NCBI GenBank assembly: GCA_025201805.1
Contig: MU619280.1
Coordinates: 1 to 32,851, forward strand
Length of the DNA: 32,851 nucleotides
DNA from: Parasitella parasitica NRRL 2501
Taxonomy: Eukaryota; Fungi; Mucoromycota
Direction of reading: 5' to 3'
The notes below the pieces were generated by a model. That model searched no databases. It had not been told where the DNA came from and saw only the letters and a program-made list of their open reading frames with translations. Positions within the stretch are counted from its first letter, which is position 1; every line of letters begins with the position of its first letter. Position numbers and translations under genes: made by a program. Shown here piece by piece: positions 9,193 to 24,100 of this stretch.

Positions 9193-12100
9193 ATGATAGA
9201 CTCTGACATAATCATGACTAGTGTAACATCAGCTACAGAATCGCATGTCTTTAATCCGTTTGCCTTTGACATTTTCAAAGCAGTCAGTCAGCTGTCAACC
9301 CTCATAGGCAGTTCAACATTTGGCAGTGTCGACCTCGATTTCCTTCATGGAGCCAATACTTTAACACCCAAAAACCAATTGCTCGACACAGTCTCTAAGG
9401 CTATGATTAACCCTGAATGGACACCCAGCATTGTTCGTTTATTCAGACCCATCGTTATCGATCTCGTTGCTCGTTGGACTTTACCAGGTTTTACTGATTT
9501 CTTAGACTCTGCCCCTGCATCACCCAATGCAAGCAGAACTGTATATAAAATTGAATTAGTTGCAAAGGCCTTTAGTGTTGTGTTTCCTATTGTGCCTCAA
9601 GTGAAAAGGTAAATATCTTATATGGCGATACTACAACTGTTGTTCGCCTACTGACGCCTTCAATATTTTACAATGTAGCTTGGCTGTAACATACTTTACC
9701 CATTCAACCTCCTTATTTGAAAGATTGGACCATTTATGCAACTATAGAGAAATAGAGGTACGGAGCGAAATTCACATTGAATCATAGCCATTGACACTTT
9801 AGGCAGGTTACATCTTCGTTGACAGCTGAATTACAAGATTTACTACTGACAACTTACCGATTACTTGGAATTTCGACATCCACATTCATACCTCTCTGGA
9901 ATTGGGGATCTTTGGTTCAATTGCTTCAGTTTCAGAGCCCTTACATTCGCTACATCACTGTTTTGTGTCTTGGCAAAGTATATGGGCTAAGCGATGCGCA
10001 AATCAAAGGTTTATTGACATCTGTTGTTGGAGCTGGACACTCCTTGGATGAGTCTGACGAGCCTCTCTATACCACGATTGATGGGAATCGTGTTGATCTT
10101 AGATTTTTAAGGTAAGATACATATATCTGCATACGAGCATTTGCAGGGAGCGAGGCACTGATGACAGATAACGTAGTTTGTGGGAGCAGCAACAGTTGGC
10201 ATATGCTCAAATATCTCTTTTACACAATGATTACGATTTGAATAATGGACAGCACCCCGAATTATCAGAAGACGATCTCTGTTCACTTACATGCAACCTG
10301 TGTGGCGTATTGCTTAGTAAAACAGCTTCTGTGGATAAGGAATATTTTTACGACCCCAAGCTCGTGTTGACCAGCACCACATCAAAGAATCTGCATGTTG
10401 TCAGTCTTGCGTTATCAATTGGAGCACCCACATTGCTAGAAGGAGTCACTGGTGCAGGCAAAACAGCACTTGTTGAAGAACTTGCTAGTAGAACTGGGAG
10501 AGGGGCGCAATTGGTAAAAATTCATTTGGGAGATCAAACAGACCCTAAAGTGTTACTCGGTACATACGTATCTACCTCAACGCCTGGTTCATTCCGCTGG
10601 CAAGCCGGCGTATTGACAACCGCCGTTCTAGAAGGACGATGGGTTTTGATCGAGGATATCGATTTAGCTCCTGCTGAAGTTTTGTCTGTACTATTGCCCT
10701 TGTTGGAAACTAGACATTTATTTATTCCTTCTCGTGGTGAAAAGATTAAAGCCAAGGAGGGATTTCAGCTGTTTGGTACTAGGTCATTTGTGCCTACTCG
10801 ATCTGGAAAGAGCATGAGCTCCAGAGGAGGCGAATTAGTGACAGGCGCCAATCTGTGGACCCGAGTGCATGTTGAGCCATTATCCATCCAGGAACTTGAG
10901 ACCGTTGTGCGTCAAAAGTTTACGCATATCGGTGATTTTGCGACACATGTCATGACCCTTTTCCAATCTGTTGTAGGCATGTATCAAGACCCTAGTTTCT
11001 CGACTTTAGCTTCATCTACAATGGGACGATTTCTTTCTACAAGAGATCTAATGAAATGGTGCAATCGCGTCGACATCTTGATTGGAGAGAAATTGAATGA
11101 TAGCACAGAAGTCGGGATGGATTTGACTCTTCGCCAGGACTTATTCAGCGAAGCCAACGATTGTTTCTGTGGCATGATACCCGATTATAATGTGTGGGTA
11201 ACAGTACTAGAGACGCTTGGAAGACCCCTTCAAATCTCTGAAGAGCTAGTGCACAATTATGTTGACCAGTATAAGCCAGCTTTGGAAATTGATGAGTCTA
11301 CTATTCGCATTGGTCGTGTCAATCTTTCATCTCTCGCGGCTCGTGGCAAGCAGAAGCAAAAACAGGCCCTCATCAAAAGAGAAAAGAAGAGACCCTTTGC
11401 TACGACAGGCCATGCGTTGCGTTTAATGGAGAGAATTGCCATTTGTATACATTTGACTGAGCCTGTTTTGCTGGTTGGTGAAACGGGTACTGGTAAGACC
11501 ACTGTGATTCAGCACTTGGCTGATATGATCCATCAAAACTTGGTTGTTGTCAACTTGTCTCAACAGTCTGACAGCTCTGATCTTTTGGGTGGCTTTAAAC
11601 CTGTAGATGGAAAGGTGCTGGCCATTCCTATGAAAGACGAGTTTGAGAGATTGTTCGAAAAGACTTTCTCCGTAAAGAAGAACGGCAAGTTTTTGGACAT
11701 GGTGAGAAAGACGTTTATCCATCAGAAATGGCCCAATTTCGTTACACTTCTGAAGCAGGCTGTCAAAATGTCACAGCAGAAATTTGAAGGCGAGCAAAAC
11801 GCTGAAAGTAAAAGGGTATCTTCTCCCACTCTTCGCAACGCTTGGAAGACATTTTCCAAAAAAGTAGAGGAATTTGAGGTGCAACAGGTGCAATCGCAAA
11901 ACAAGTTTGTATTCAACTTTATGGAAGGCTCGCTTGTAAAGGCTGTTCGCCAGGGTGATTGGATTTTGCTCGACGAAATCAATCTAGCTACTACTGAAAC
12001 CCTAGAGTGTCTTTCTGGCTTACTTCAGGATGCTCATGGCTCACTTTTATTGACCGAAAAGGGTGATGTTGAACCCATAAAGCGTCATCCCAACTTCCGT

Positions 12101-15100
12101 CTCTTTGCCTGTATGAATCCCGCTACTGATGTCGGTAAGCGAGACTTGCCTCCTGGTCTGCGCAACAGATTCACAGAATTTTACGTCCATCCTCCTGATA
12201 ACCGTTATGATGATCTCTTGCAAATTGTTAAACAATATCTTGCTGGAATCGCTTTAGGTGACGAGAGATCGTACGATGATGTAGCTGAATTTTACATGAG
12301 CGCAAAGAAGCTGGCTGCCGAACATAAGCTTGTTGATGGTGCTAACCAACGCCCTCATTTCAGTATGCGTACGTTGGCTCGTGCTTTGACCTATGTTGTT
12401 CAAATTTTTCCAGTCTATGGCTTGAGACGTTCACTTTACGAAGGCTTCTGTATGACATTCCTGACGCAGCTTGACAAGGAAAGTGAAGTGTTGATGAAAG
12501 ATCTCATTTTCAACACTATTCTTCGTGGTGTTCAAAACCCTCAAAACCTCATCACCCAAATTCCTCGCCAACCTAACGAAGATTTCATTCAATTTGGTTA
12601 TTTCTGGTTACAGCAAGGCCAATTCCCTCCTGAAGACGACGCGCGCTACATCTTGACAAACTCTGTAGAAACTAAACTGTATAACCTTGCGCGTGTCATT
12701 ATGTCTAGAAAGTTCCCTGTGCTGATTCAGGGCCCTACGTCTGCGGGTAAAACATCCATGGTAGAATACATGGCAAAGAAGACGGGTCACAGATTTGTCC
12801 GTATCAACAACCATGAGCACACTGATCTTCAGGAGTATCTTGGGACCTATGTCTCAAATAACGAAGGAAAACTCGTCTTTCAAGAAGGTGTATTGGTTGA
12901 AGCCCTCCGTAACGGCTATTGGATTGTTCTTGATGAGCTTAATCTGGCTCCTTCTGATGTCTTGGAGGCCTTGAATCGTTTACTTGACGATAACAGAGAA
13001 TTACTGATACCCGAAACTCAAGAAATTGTGAAGCCCCATCCTCATTTCATGCTGTTTGCTACCCAAAATCCTGCTGGCCTCTACGGTGGTCGCAAGGCAT
13101 TGTCCAGAGCTTTCCGTAACCGTTTTCTTGAGCTTCACTTTGATGATATCCCTGAAGATGAACTAGAGACTATCTTATCAAGACGCTGTGCCATTGCTCC
13201 TTCGTACTGTAAAAAGCTTGTCAAAGTGTATAAAGAGTTGATGGAGCGCAGACAGAGTACTCGTATTTTTGAGCAAAAGCACGGTTTTATCACTCTTCGT
13301 GATCTTTTCCGCTGGGCTGGTCGTGATCCCCAAGGATATCAAGAATTAGCCGAAAATGGTTACATGCTCTTGGCTGAAAGATGCCGTAAGGACGAAGAAA
13401 AAAAGGTCGTGAAGCAAGTTCTCGAACAAGTGATGAAAGTCCAGCTCTCTGAAGATGCAATGTACGACTGCAATAATCTTGAAGAGTTTACCATTTATGA
13501 TCGAATGCTCAAAGAGCACGCGGCAAAGACTGGTGAGGATACCAAACTTGTGTGGACAAAGGCAATGCGTCGTTTGTTTAGTCTTGTAGCTCGTTGTCTT
13601 CGACACAACGAACCAGTGCTGCTTGTGGGCGAAACTGGCTGCGGCAAAACTACCGTCTGTCAGATGCTTGCTGAGACCTATCAGCGTGAACTTCATATTG
13701 TGAATTGTCATCAAAATACAGAAACTGGCGATTTACTGGGTGGCCAGCGTCCCGTTCGTAACAGAGAGGCCAGCGAAGATACTGATAAGCAACGGCAACT
13801 CTTTGAATGGCATGATGGCCCTCTTGTACAGGCCATGAAGGAAGGCCACTTGTTCCTGCTTGATGAAATATCTCTTGCTGATGACTCTGTTCTCGAAAGA
13901 TTGAATTCAGTCCTGGAGCCTAGCCGCCTTTTAGTGCTTGCTGAAAAAGGTGGCAAGCAAGTAGAAGAGCTCTATGGCGCTGCCAACTTTCAATTCTTGG
14001 CTACCATGAATCCCGGTGGTGATTATGGTAAAAAGGAGCTCTCCCCTGCTTTGAGAAACCGTTTCACTGAAATTTGGGTGCCTTCTGTTACTGACAGGGA
14101 TGATCTTACCAAGATTATTGATGAGCAAATGACACATCCTGCTTTGACTGGCTATAGTACCAAGATACTTGATTTCATTTCATGGTATACTCAGGCAATC
14201 GGCCAAAGCCGCACTGTAGTTTCCCTTCGTGATATACTCTCTTGGGTTAAATTCATTAATGTTGCTGTAGATTCTGGTCTCGATGCTGAGCTCAGTTTTG
14301 CTCACGGCGGTTGTATTGTCTTACTTGATGGATTGGGATCACATGGTTCATCCGGCTCATTTCTGTCTGGCCCTTTGCTCAAAGAGTTCAGATTGAAGTG
14401 TCTTCGCCATCTTTCTGGCAAGCCTAATGCAACCGAGCTTGAAATATTGGGTGAAACAAAGGACAAGGTACAGATTGCTGGCGATAAGTTTGCGATCGGT
14501 CCCTTCCATATTCCTCATGGTCCGATGGCCAAGACTAATATCAGATTCACATTGTTGGCTCCCACTACCGCTGACAATGCAATGCGTGTTATTCGCTCAA
14601 TGCAGCTCAAAAAGCCCATCTTGCTTGAAGGTAGTCCTGGTGTGGGTAAAACTAGCTTGGTGTCAGCACTAGCTGCTGCTTCTGGCCACAACTTGGTTCG
14701 TATCAATCTGTCTGAACAAACTGATTTGATGGATCTTTTCGGTTCAGACTTACCTGTTGAAGGCGGCAACAGCGGTGAGTTTGCTTGGAGAGATGCTCCA
14801 TTCCTACAAGCCATGAAGGCCGGTGATTGGGTTTTGTTGGATGAATTGAACCTAGCGTCTCAATCTGTACTGGAAGGTCTCAATTCTTGTTTGGATCATC
14901 GTGGGGCAGTGTATATTCCTGAACTTGACAGAGAGTTCTTCTGTGCCAAGGAATTCCGAGTATTTGGTGCTCAAAATCCCCTTCAGCAAGGTGGTGGTCG
15001 TAAAGGCTTGCCTAAATCGTTTGTCAATCGTTTTACGCAGGTCTATGTCGAGCAATTAACGTCTGACGATCTCCTCTTCATTTGCTCTCATTTGTTTTCT

Positions 15101-18100
15101 GAATTCGACCCTAGCGTAATGGTAAAAATGATTGAATTCAATAACAAAATGTACCAGGAAACCATGATACGTTGCAACTTTGGCCGCAAGGGTAGTCCTT
15201 GGGAGTTTAATTTGCGTGATGTCTTTCGTTGGTTAGAGCTGATGCAAAAAGATCGTGTAACTGATCCTGCTGAATACCTGGACATCATCTACATGCAGCG
15301 TATGCGCACTCACGAAGATCGTGGTCAGATTGTTCAGTTGTACGAATCTGTGTTCAATGTCAAATACGATCGCCCTGTCAAGCCCCATTACGAAGTCACT
15401 ACTACATCGTTCAATGTTGGTCATTCTCGCTTACCCAGAAAGCAAAATGGTAGTTCCATCGATGTATTTGAGCACCAGGATCATGTCCTTCAATCCTTTT
15501 TGTCTCCTCTCGAGTCTCTTATTAAATGCGTTGAATCTTCTTGGATGGCTATCGTTACTGGGCCCACTGCATCTGGTAAAACATCACTTGTTCGTCTCTT
15601 GAGTAAAATGACGGGCAATCGCCTCGAAGAATTTGCCATGAACAATAGTGTGGATACTATGGAACTTCTTGGTGGTTTCGAGCAGGTCGATCTCAATCGT
15701 CATCGTCAAGTTGCTATGGATACGCTCCATGAAATGACTAGTCTTGCATCCAAGAATCTGCTGATGTATTTTTCTACATTGCCTTCTGACAACGAACAGT
15801 ATGGCACAGTCTTGCAGCTCATTCGTCAACTGAATGACTCCTGGTACGCTCTAGAGAGCAAGCAGCAGATGCAACTCTTGGCTGCCGATATAGGGTCTGG
15901 AGAATTGGATTACGCATTGGTATCCAACGTTGTCAGTTGCTTGCAGTCTGCGTCTACTGTTGACCAAGGCGCACAAGCGTCCATTGAGGCTGTGTCTGCC
16001 CTTATCCAAAACCTCCAAAAACTTGAGAAGGAAACTGTTGCTGGTAAATTTGAATGGATTGATGGCCTCTTGATCAATGCTCTCGAAAAGGGCTACTGGC
16101 TTCTTATTGATAATGCCAACATGTGTAATCCTTCTGTCCTCGATCGTTTGAACCCTCTTTTCGAAAACGATGGTGTCCTCATGGTGAATGAACGTGGTCT
16201 TGTCGATGGCGCTGTCAAAGTCATCAAACCTCACCCCAACTTTCGTATGTTTATGACAGTGGATCCTCAAAATGGCGAGCTTTCTCGTGCTATGCGAAAT
16301 CGTGGTATCGAGATCTCGCTTGTGGACTCAAACTGGAACAAGAACTCGGAAGATGTCACCAAGCTCGCGAATTCGCTTGGTGTTCGTGGCCCTAAACTAC
16401 CCATGCTTTTAAATGAGTTGCAAGGAGAGGCTACTGTTCAGCGTAGACAGTTTGGTAAGGGCGAGAATGTTCGTGATTACTTGCTGTTTGCTACTTATTT
16501 GGTTGAACGTTTGCAACGTGGTCAATCCCTCAAGGTTGCTATCAGCGATTCTTTCTTCCAGGTGTTTGTTGATGTCAAGGAGGCTCCTCAGGTGCTTGTT
16601 TCGTTACTTGAATCCAATGTAGACCAAGATATACTGCAAACGATGCTCTCTCCTACAAACTCGCCTTTCCTGATTGGAGGCCAGATGCTTCAAGAAGACT
16701 CTGTGCTTGCTACCATTGCTCTCCAAGGCGCTTATTTGATATACTTGTTGCAGACTTTGAATCCTGAGGATGCTGAATCCGCCAAAAAGATTGAGATCGC
16801 GAGTGATTATTTCTTGGAGCACTTGTCATCCCAAGATTATGGTGTTCGTCTTCGCTGGTTGGGTTACATGTCTCAGCAAGCTGTTTCGACTAAATCCGCC
16901 ATTTTGGAGCGTCTGGGCTATATCATGAAAGAGGTGTATTCTCATCCCTTGTTTACAGAGCTCTCAAAGATTCAGTTAGAAACGAAGGAGGGTGTCACAG
17001 CCAATGCTGCCGTTTTAGGGTATATGCGAGGCGCATATCATTTGCTCATTCGACTTTGCAAACAGGAATACGCTGATAGGAATATGCGCAGTGCCACTCA
17101 GCGTCTTAAAGTCAACAGCTTAACATCTCTGCAACAATCTTATTGCTTTCACGAAGGTCGTTTGAGCGAGAGTCAACTGCTGCATCCTGTTGTATCCAAA
17201 TTGTACCCCTTTTTCGAATCTGTAAAGTCTGCTTTTGCGACTTGGATCAATCAAGGCTACTATCATACCTGTTCATTGTCTACATTTGATGCTTTCAACA
17301 AAATTCTGGATGCCCGCGATTATGCTTGGAACCTTACTCAACTGCAAAGCCTTAGCCTGGACAACCTGTTAATTATTCTAAGGATTATCAAGGACCTCAT
17401 GTCTGCTGATGGTGTAAAATGCGCGCAAATAGACCCTGTATTTGCCCACATTGAAGGCATCATGTCCGGTTTTGACTTCAACACGAGCAGATCAATGAAG
17501 GCGCTGTGGAAGTATTTTGGGCCGTCCACTCTGTCAACTCACTCTTTGCATGAGTTGGAACACGAATTGCACAAGATCAATGCAACCATGAACTGCTACA
17601 AGTATGACTCGGAAGAAACTCTGGAACCTAAATCACTTGTTTTGCGTGCCAAGATTGAAGCAAAGGAAGCTTTAGTTGAAGGTATAGCCACCTTGCATGC
17701 TGTTGATGAGAATGACACACAGAATGCTGAAAAGGTAATTAAATCGCTTGGCAAATTGCCCGAGTACATCAATCGCGAGCTTGAATCATCCGTGTCCAAC
17801 GACCCTTCTATCAGAAGAAATACCTACTGGGATACTGCTTTGATCCCATTGTATGACTACACTAGTATTGTAACTGAGATGGAGTTGATTGCTAATCTGT
17901 ACAATATTGCTTGTGATGCTTCTGATCTGGCTACCATGGAAAATTTGGTCGAGCGAATGCTTGATTTCAGAAAGTTTGCTTTTGATAAAACATCTCGTCC
18001 TCCTCTTGATATAGTCCCTTATCAGCGTCTGATTTGGTTCTTGGATTCCGGAAACACTGCAAACATTTCCACTGCTCTCCCTGGTATGGTTCAGGATGCA

Positions 18101-21100
18101 GCTTACACCTACCATCAACGCTTGTGGCGTACTAGTATGTTCCAAAAGAACCTCTTCCAATTGACACCATCAGAACATCCAGTTGTAAGTATCTGATCTT
18201 TCTGTTGCACATAATAACGATGGTTAATATTTCTTTACAGGATCTTGGGATTACGGAAGGCTCTCTTAGTCTTTTCGAAAGCGTAGAAACACTTGTTTGC
18301 TTGAATATCTTGAGCTCTGTCGAAAAGATGCCTGCTGATGCGTATGAAAATGCCCTTGAGCAACTAAAAAAGCTGCAGTGTTTCCTGACATCTCACGTCA
18401 ATTTGAAGGACAAGAAGGCACTCGAAGTAATAATGTTGATTTCCATGGCTCGTCAGGTAGTGTTGAACAACCATAAATTCATGAATACCTTCTCATTTTT
18501 ATTTTTATGCCTGTAATTTTAGTTATTGAAAGCATCTGCCGATGTTATTCCCAAGGACCATTTTGAAAGCATTTCTCTCGAATTTAACAAGATTGCTTCC
18601 TTCAGCAATGCTCTTTTGAGGACAACCATTTACTCTTCCGAGAATTCAAGTCTTCAATTCGACGCTGCGATGGATGTCTTGGAGAGCGTCATAAAAATGA
18701 TGGAAAAAGTCGATTTCAATGCCTATTACTCAACTGCCGTGTCTGCAATCTTGGGCTCCGTCCGTCATTTCAGAAGCAGAGATGATGCTTGCTTCTATTC
18801 TGCTGCTGGTAAGGCCCGAGTTCTTTTGGGCTTGGCATTTGTATCTGCTTATATTCCAGACTATCCAGTCGATCCTACTTCTGAGCCTCGACTTCACGTC
18901 AATCTGTTGACTACCAAAAAGAAGGAATATCTGGACAATATTCAAGTGCGCACGAGCATTGAAAAGATGTATACCGGCAACACTACCAACCAAGAAATCA
19001 AATCGCAGCAATCCGGTTTGGACGCGGTCAACAGTGAGCTTGCTCATAGCGCAACCGTTTTTTCTCTTCGCCCTGTGCAATCACAGCTGGAAGAAATCTT
19101 TGTGGATCTGCGCTACCTTCAAAAGAGCATGCTTGACAAGAATGTGGAAAGCCTATTGAATGACCTTGAAGCTGATGGTGTCGATTCTGTCCTGCAACGC
19201 GAGGCTCTTCTGCAAGGAAATGCTCTCCAGTTTATCGATAGAGTGCACCATAGATTCCCCTTGTATAGAGACATCCTCCAGCCCCTTGTTGTTGCTGTAG
19301 ATGACATCAAATATGGCTTGCGCATATTGACAGCCAACGCACGCAAGGATTCTGCTGATCAGTTTCTGTCTGATATTATTAGGCTTTTGGTGCGCGATCC
19401 TGACGTTTCTCATCACGCTCATGACCTTGATTGGCATACGCTGGCCACGCCTGACAAGATTACTACCCTCAAGCGAGTTGTCTTTGAGAGAGCCCCTACT
19501 AGCAGGAAATGGGCATTCTATCTTCGTCTTTTGATTGTTATTCTTCAACGTCTCGTTATTGGTGTCAACACCCACGCATACTTGAAGACAGACGATCTTG
19601 TTTCTGTCAATGTCTTGTTTAATGAAATTATTCAAGTTTGGAAGTCTGCTGAAGAGTACAAGCGTAAGATGGCTGTCGAAAAGGAAGCATTGTTCAAGAC
19701 GCGCGCTAGAAAGTACGAGCCTCCTACTGACCAAGAACTCGAAGAGGAAGATCTCAACAAGCTCTTTGCCAACTTCCATGAGGACTTTGCTGATCTGGCT
19801 CTTGAGGACGATGGACAATCCAGAAAGAGTAATGTACCTGATAAAGTTGAGGAAGAGTCCGTTCTTGACGATGAGGATATTTACCGTATTGGCCATCTCC
19901 ACCGTGTTCTCTTTGAAACTTACAGCCGCGATGCATGTGTGCGCTCCGACAAATCTTGGGATCGTGAAGCTATTCAATCTTATGCTGTTGCTAGTCAGTT
20001 GGCTTCTATGGCTAATTCTGCATTTAGTGATGCTACGGACCGTATCTGCAATGCTGGTCATCTTCGTGTCACTTCATTGACCATCAATCGACTCGAGTCT
20101 GAAAATTCGTTTGGTATGACCAGCGATAACATTTATGATTTCTATCAGAGCGAAAATGTGGGTGAAGCTAAGCGAGTCGAACCTGTTGTTAATCGTTTCA
20201 AGGCTCGTGTTGTTCAGCTGATTGAACAATGGCCAGAACATGCTATTTTGGAGCAACTGGTTGTCATCTGTGATCGTATCTTGACATTCTCAATCTTGTC
20301 GCCTGTTGCCAAGTTTTTGACCGGCATAGAGCTATTATTGCAAAAATCCGAAGATTGGGAAGCTTATGCTGCTAAACATGTCTCATTGAAGGATCAGCGC
20401 GAGGAATTGATCAGCTTGATTATCAGTTGGAGACAATTGGAGCTTAATTGCTGGCCAAAGCTCCTGGCTGCTCAGGAGCAGTACCATCAGGATGCTGCTT
20501 TCAAATGGTGGTTCCATCTGTACGACACTGTCAACAATACCTCTTTTGACTCTAATGACGAGGAGGAAAACGATAAGAATACGCGTGAATTACTCGGTGC
20601 TCTTGATCAGTTTGTCCAGACATGTTCCATTATCGAGTTGGAGCCACGTCTTAAAATGATTGACACTTTCTATCATCAAACCAAAGTCCAGGCACAGCTT
20701 TCAACGTTCGAAGGAGAAAAACTGAACTATGAGAGAACTGCTACCATTTTGCGTAACGTCTACTTGTATTATCATCAATTCCAGGAGCATGCAAACACGA
20801 TGCTCTCTCAACTACGTAAGCCTGTCGAGAAGGACCTGAAAGATTTCGTCAAGATAGCCACCTGGAAGGATGTCAATATTTACGCTCTTCGTCAGAGTGC
20901 TGCAAAGACTCATAGACAACTCCACAAATGCATTCGCAAGTATCGCGAAGTATTGAACAACTCCATGTTGACAGTTATTGCCAATTATAACGAGGAACAT
21001 GCCATGTATCAATACGGCGACGACAAGCGGTATGCCAAAGATATCAATCAAGGCCTTATGGATCAACTCTCTCGGCCTAGTGCATGGACTGGCGAAACCA

Positions 21101-24100
21101 TTATACCTAAAGCGATTGCAGCTGCAGAGTATGATTGGTCTCCTGCACCACCCGTCAAGCAACATCTTGGCAATCTTCAAGCTACTTTGAACAGGATGCG
21201 TCTTTACTGTCGCAAGGATATCTTTATTGCTGATGACGAAACCAAGGATCTTCCTCTAGAAAAATTTATGACCGAGATGATCGAACAAGTCAAGTATTTC
21301 CAAAAGGAAACGCCTTCAGTCATGACAGATGAAAACAAATCGCTTGTCAAGAACCAAAAGCTGCTCAAAAAGAAGGCCTTGGTTGACTTTTTGAAGGAAC
21401 TTCGTCGTCTCGGTCTCAAATCTCGCCCTGGAAAGATGAAGGAACAGAATGCTGATATCGCCATTCTTTTCCGCCTACAAGTTGCTAATTTGGAGTTGGT
21501 GATTCAAAACAGGGATCTTCAAAAGGAGCAACTGTCTAGCTACTCGTTGGCTTCGCCTGATATGCTGGAACAGTGGAAGAAGGCCAATGATTACTATTTC
21601 CGCTGTATCGCAAGGTTGACTCATCTGAGAAGTATCAGCGTCACTAACGTAAGCAAGGATCTCTCTATGCTTGAAGTAGAGCGTTCTTTGAGTGCAACTG
21701 AGCACATGTTCTCACTTATCAACAAGGAACGCAGTTTGATGGCCCGTTTTGAAGAGCGCATGCAAACACTTCAAGGTGCTGCTGTTCAACTTGCTTCCTT
21801 GTACGATTCCTTCTCTCAAGGTCAGACTATTGTTAATGATGCTGAATTGGGATGTCGCTTGACAAACCACAAGGTCCACATCGATAAGCTTGCCTTGTTC
21901 TTGAATCAAGCGGTTGCGGCCATCACTCTACAAGCTGGCTCCGTTGGCCAACACACTTTGAAAGATCTACAATCCATGTTCCGCGATGTTCAGAAGATTC
22001 AAAAGACTATCGATTATTGGTTTGTGCAGCGTTACCTTTATCCCAGAGCTACGACAGGGCTTGAATTCTCTCTGCTTTCCGCCGATGTCGAAAAGCTGAT
22101 TGACTCTCATTTGGAAAAGATTGAACTGATTCATACGCTGTTGGTGTCTGCCATGCAGGTCTTGCCTCAGTCTAGCCATGTGCTGTTTCCCATCACTCAG
22201 TTCATTCAAAACATGCAACTTGCTGTCACTGCTTCCAAGTCGGCTGATGAACCAGTTGATGTCGAGACGTCTATGGTGGATCTCCGTGAAAAGATTCATG
22301 GATTGGTGGACACTACTCTAGTCTCTATCCAAGACCTCAAGAAGGCTAATGCTCCTCCTGCAAAAGATAAATCTACGCTGACTCAAGACGCTGAAGATGA
22401 GGATGAGGATGAGAATGACACAGAAAGCATGTGCCAAGATTATATCCGTCTTCAAAATACCAAGCAATTTGCGCTTGCTAACGCACTTCATCTTGAAGCT
22501 GCTTCGAAGCGTTGCGTTGAAGTCCTAACTATTGCTCATAATTTGGCGGCTCGTTTCTCCAGCCAGCCTTCTATAGTGCAAGAAATCTCTCGTTTGTTGC
22601 AAGAAGCCTATCCTTTCCTTCAGCAATATATGCTTATTGCTCAACACACTCTTAGCAAAATACTGCTTCATCACAAATCCATGGCTAAAATGACGTATTG
22701 TTTGGTCAATTCATTCAGTATCATCATTACCAAGGGTTTCTGTATGCCTGCTGGTGCTGACGATGGCGAAGAAGGCGAGGCTGACGGTACAATGTCAGGT
22801 ACTGGTATGGGCGAAGGTGAAGGCACCAAGGATGTCAGCAACGAAATTGAAGATGAAGAGCAAGTCCTTGGGACTCAGAACGAAGAGCGCAATAACGATG
22901 ATAAGCAGGACACCAAAGAAGAGAAGAATGGTATGGATATGGAGAATGACTTTGATGGCAATCTCGAAGACATTGAACAAGACAAGGACAAGGAAGAGGG
23001 TGACTCTGAAGATTCAGACTCTGACGAAGAAGATCCTGATGAGCAAATCGGTGATGTCGATGACATGGATCCTGATGCTGTCGATGACAAGATGTGGGGC
23101 GACGAAGCAGAAGAGAATTTGAAAGAAAGTGACAAAACTGTTGATGATCAGGGTAACCAAGATCAGCAAAAAGAGTCTGAAATCGTTGCCAAGGAAGAGC
23201 AAGATCAACAAAATGATAATAAAGGTGAAAAACCAGAGAAATCAGACAAGAATGATAAGCAGCAGGAGGCTGACGGTGAAGAAGGAGATGGTGACGAGGA
23301 GATGGACGAGGAGGATCAAGACGGCGGTGAGGATGATGAGGAAAATGACGCTGAAGGAGAGGGCGAAGACGAAAATGACATAGAGAACAAGGCTGGGGAG
23401 CAATTGAATGCTGAAATCCCTGAAGCTGAAACACTTGAGTTACCGGATGATTTGAATATGGACGGTGACGACGATGGAGATGACGAAGGAGACGACGGGC
23501 AAGAAAAGAACGATCCCATGGATATGGACGAGCAGCCAGCTAAACAAAATGAAGAGGAGCAACTTCCCGAAGAAGATGAGAATGCCGAAGCATTCCATGA
23601 TGCCTTGGATGACGTTGATCAAAATCTTAACGAAGATGAAGAAATGGCTGATGCCTCTGCTCAAATGGACACAGAACAAGGTGAAGGCGAACAAGATGAA
23701 GAGAACAATGCCTCTGGTGATGACCAGAAGGAGGATGAAGAACTCGCACCTGAAGTCGGCGATTCTGAACAACAGCAAAAGAATGGCCAAATTGAAGAGG
23801 ATGAGCAAGATGGGGAAGAAGAGAATAAGGCTCAAAACAGAGAACAACCTAATAGCGATGCTACTGCTGATAACCAGTTTGGTGTTCAAGGTGAATCTGG
23901 AAAACAAAGCAGGAGCTCTGCTGGCAAAGAGGAAGGCCAAGATGACACTGCTGACATGAATGACGCCCAAGATGAAACTGCCGAAAAGAAAGAGCAAAAC
24001 GGCAAATCTGAACGAGGTGCTAATCAAGCCAATGAAGAAGAAGATGCCGAAAACGACAAACAAGGTGATCAGGAGACTGAGGAGCAAGAAGCTAAAGACG

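Noticed and set aside
16090-16125. Degenerate Walker B (LLIDNAN) in AAA module 6 of midasin
   Set aside because: A non-canonical D6 Walker B is a known feature of Mdn1/Rea1, not a novelty.
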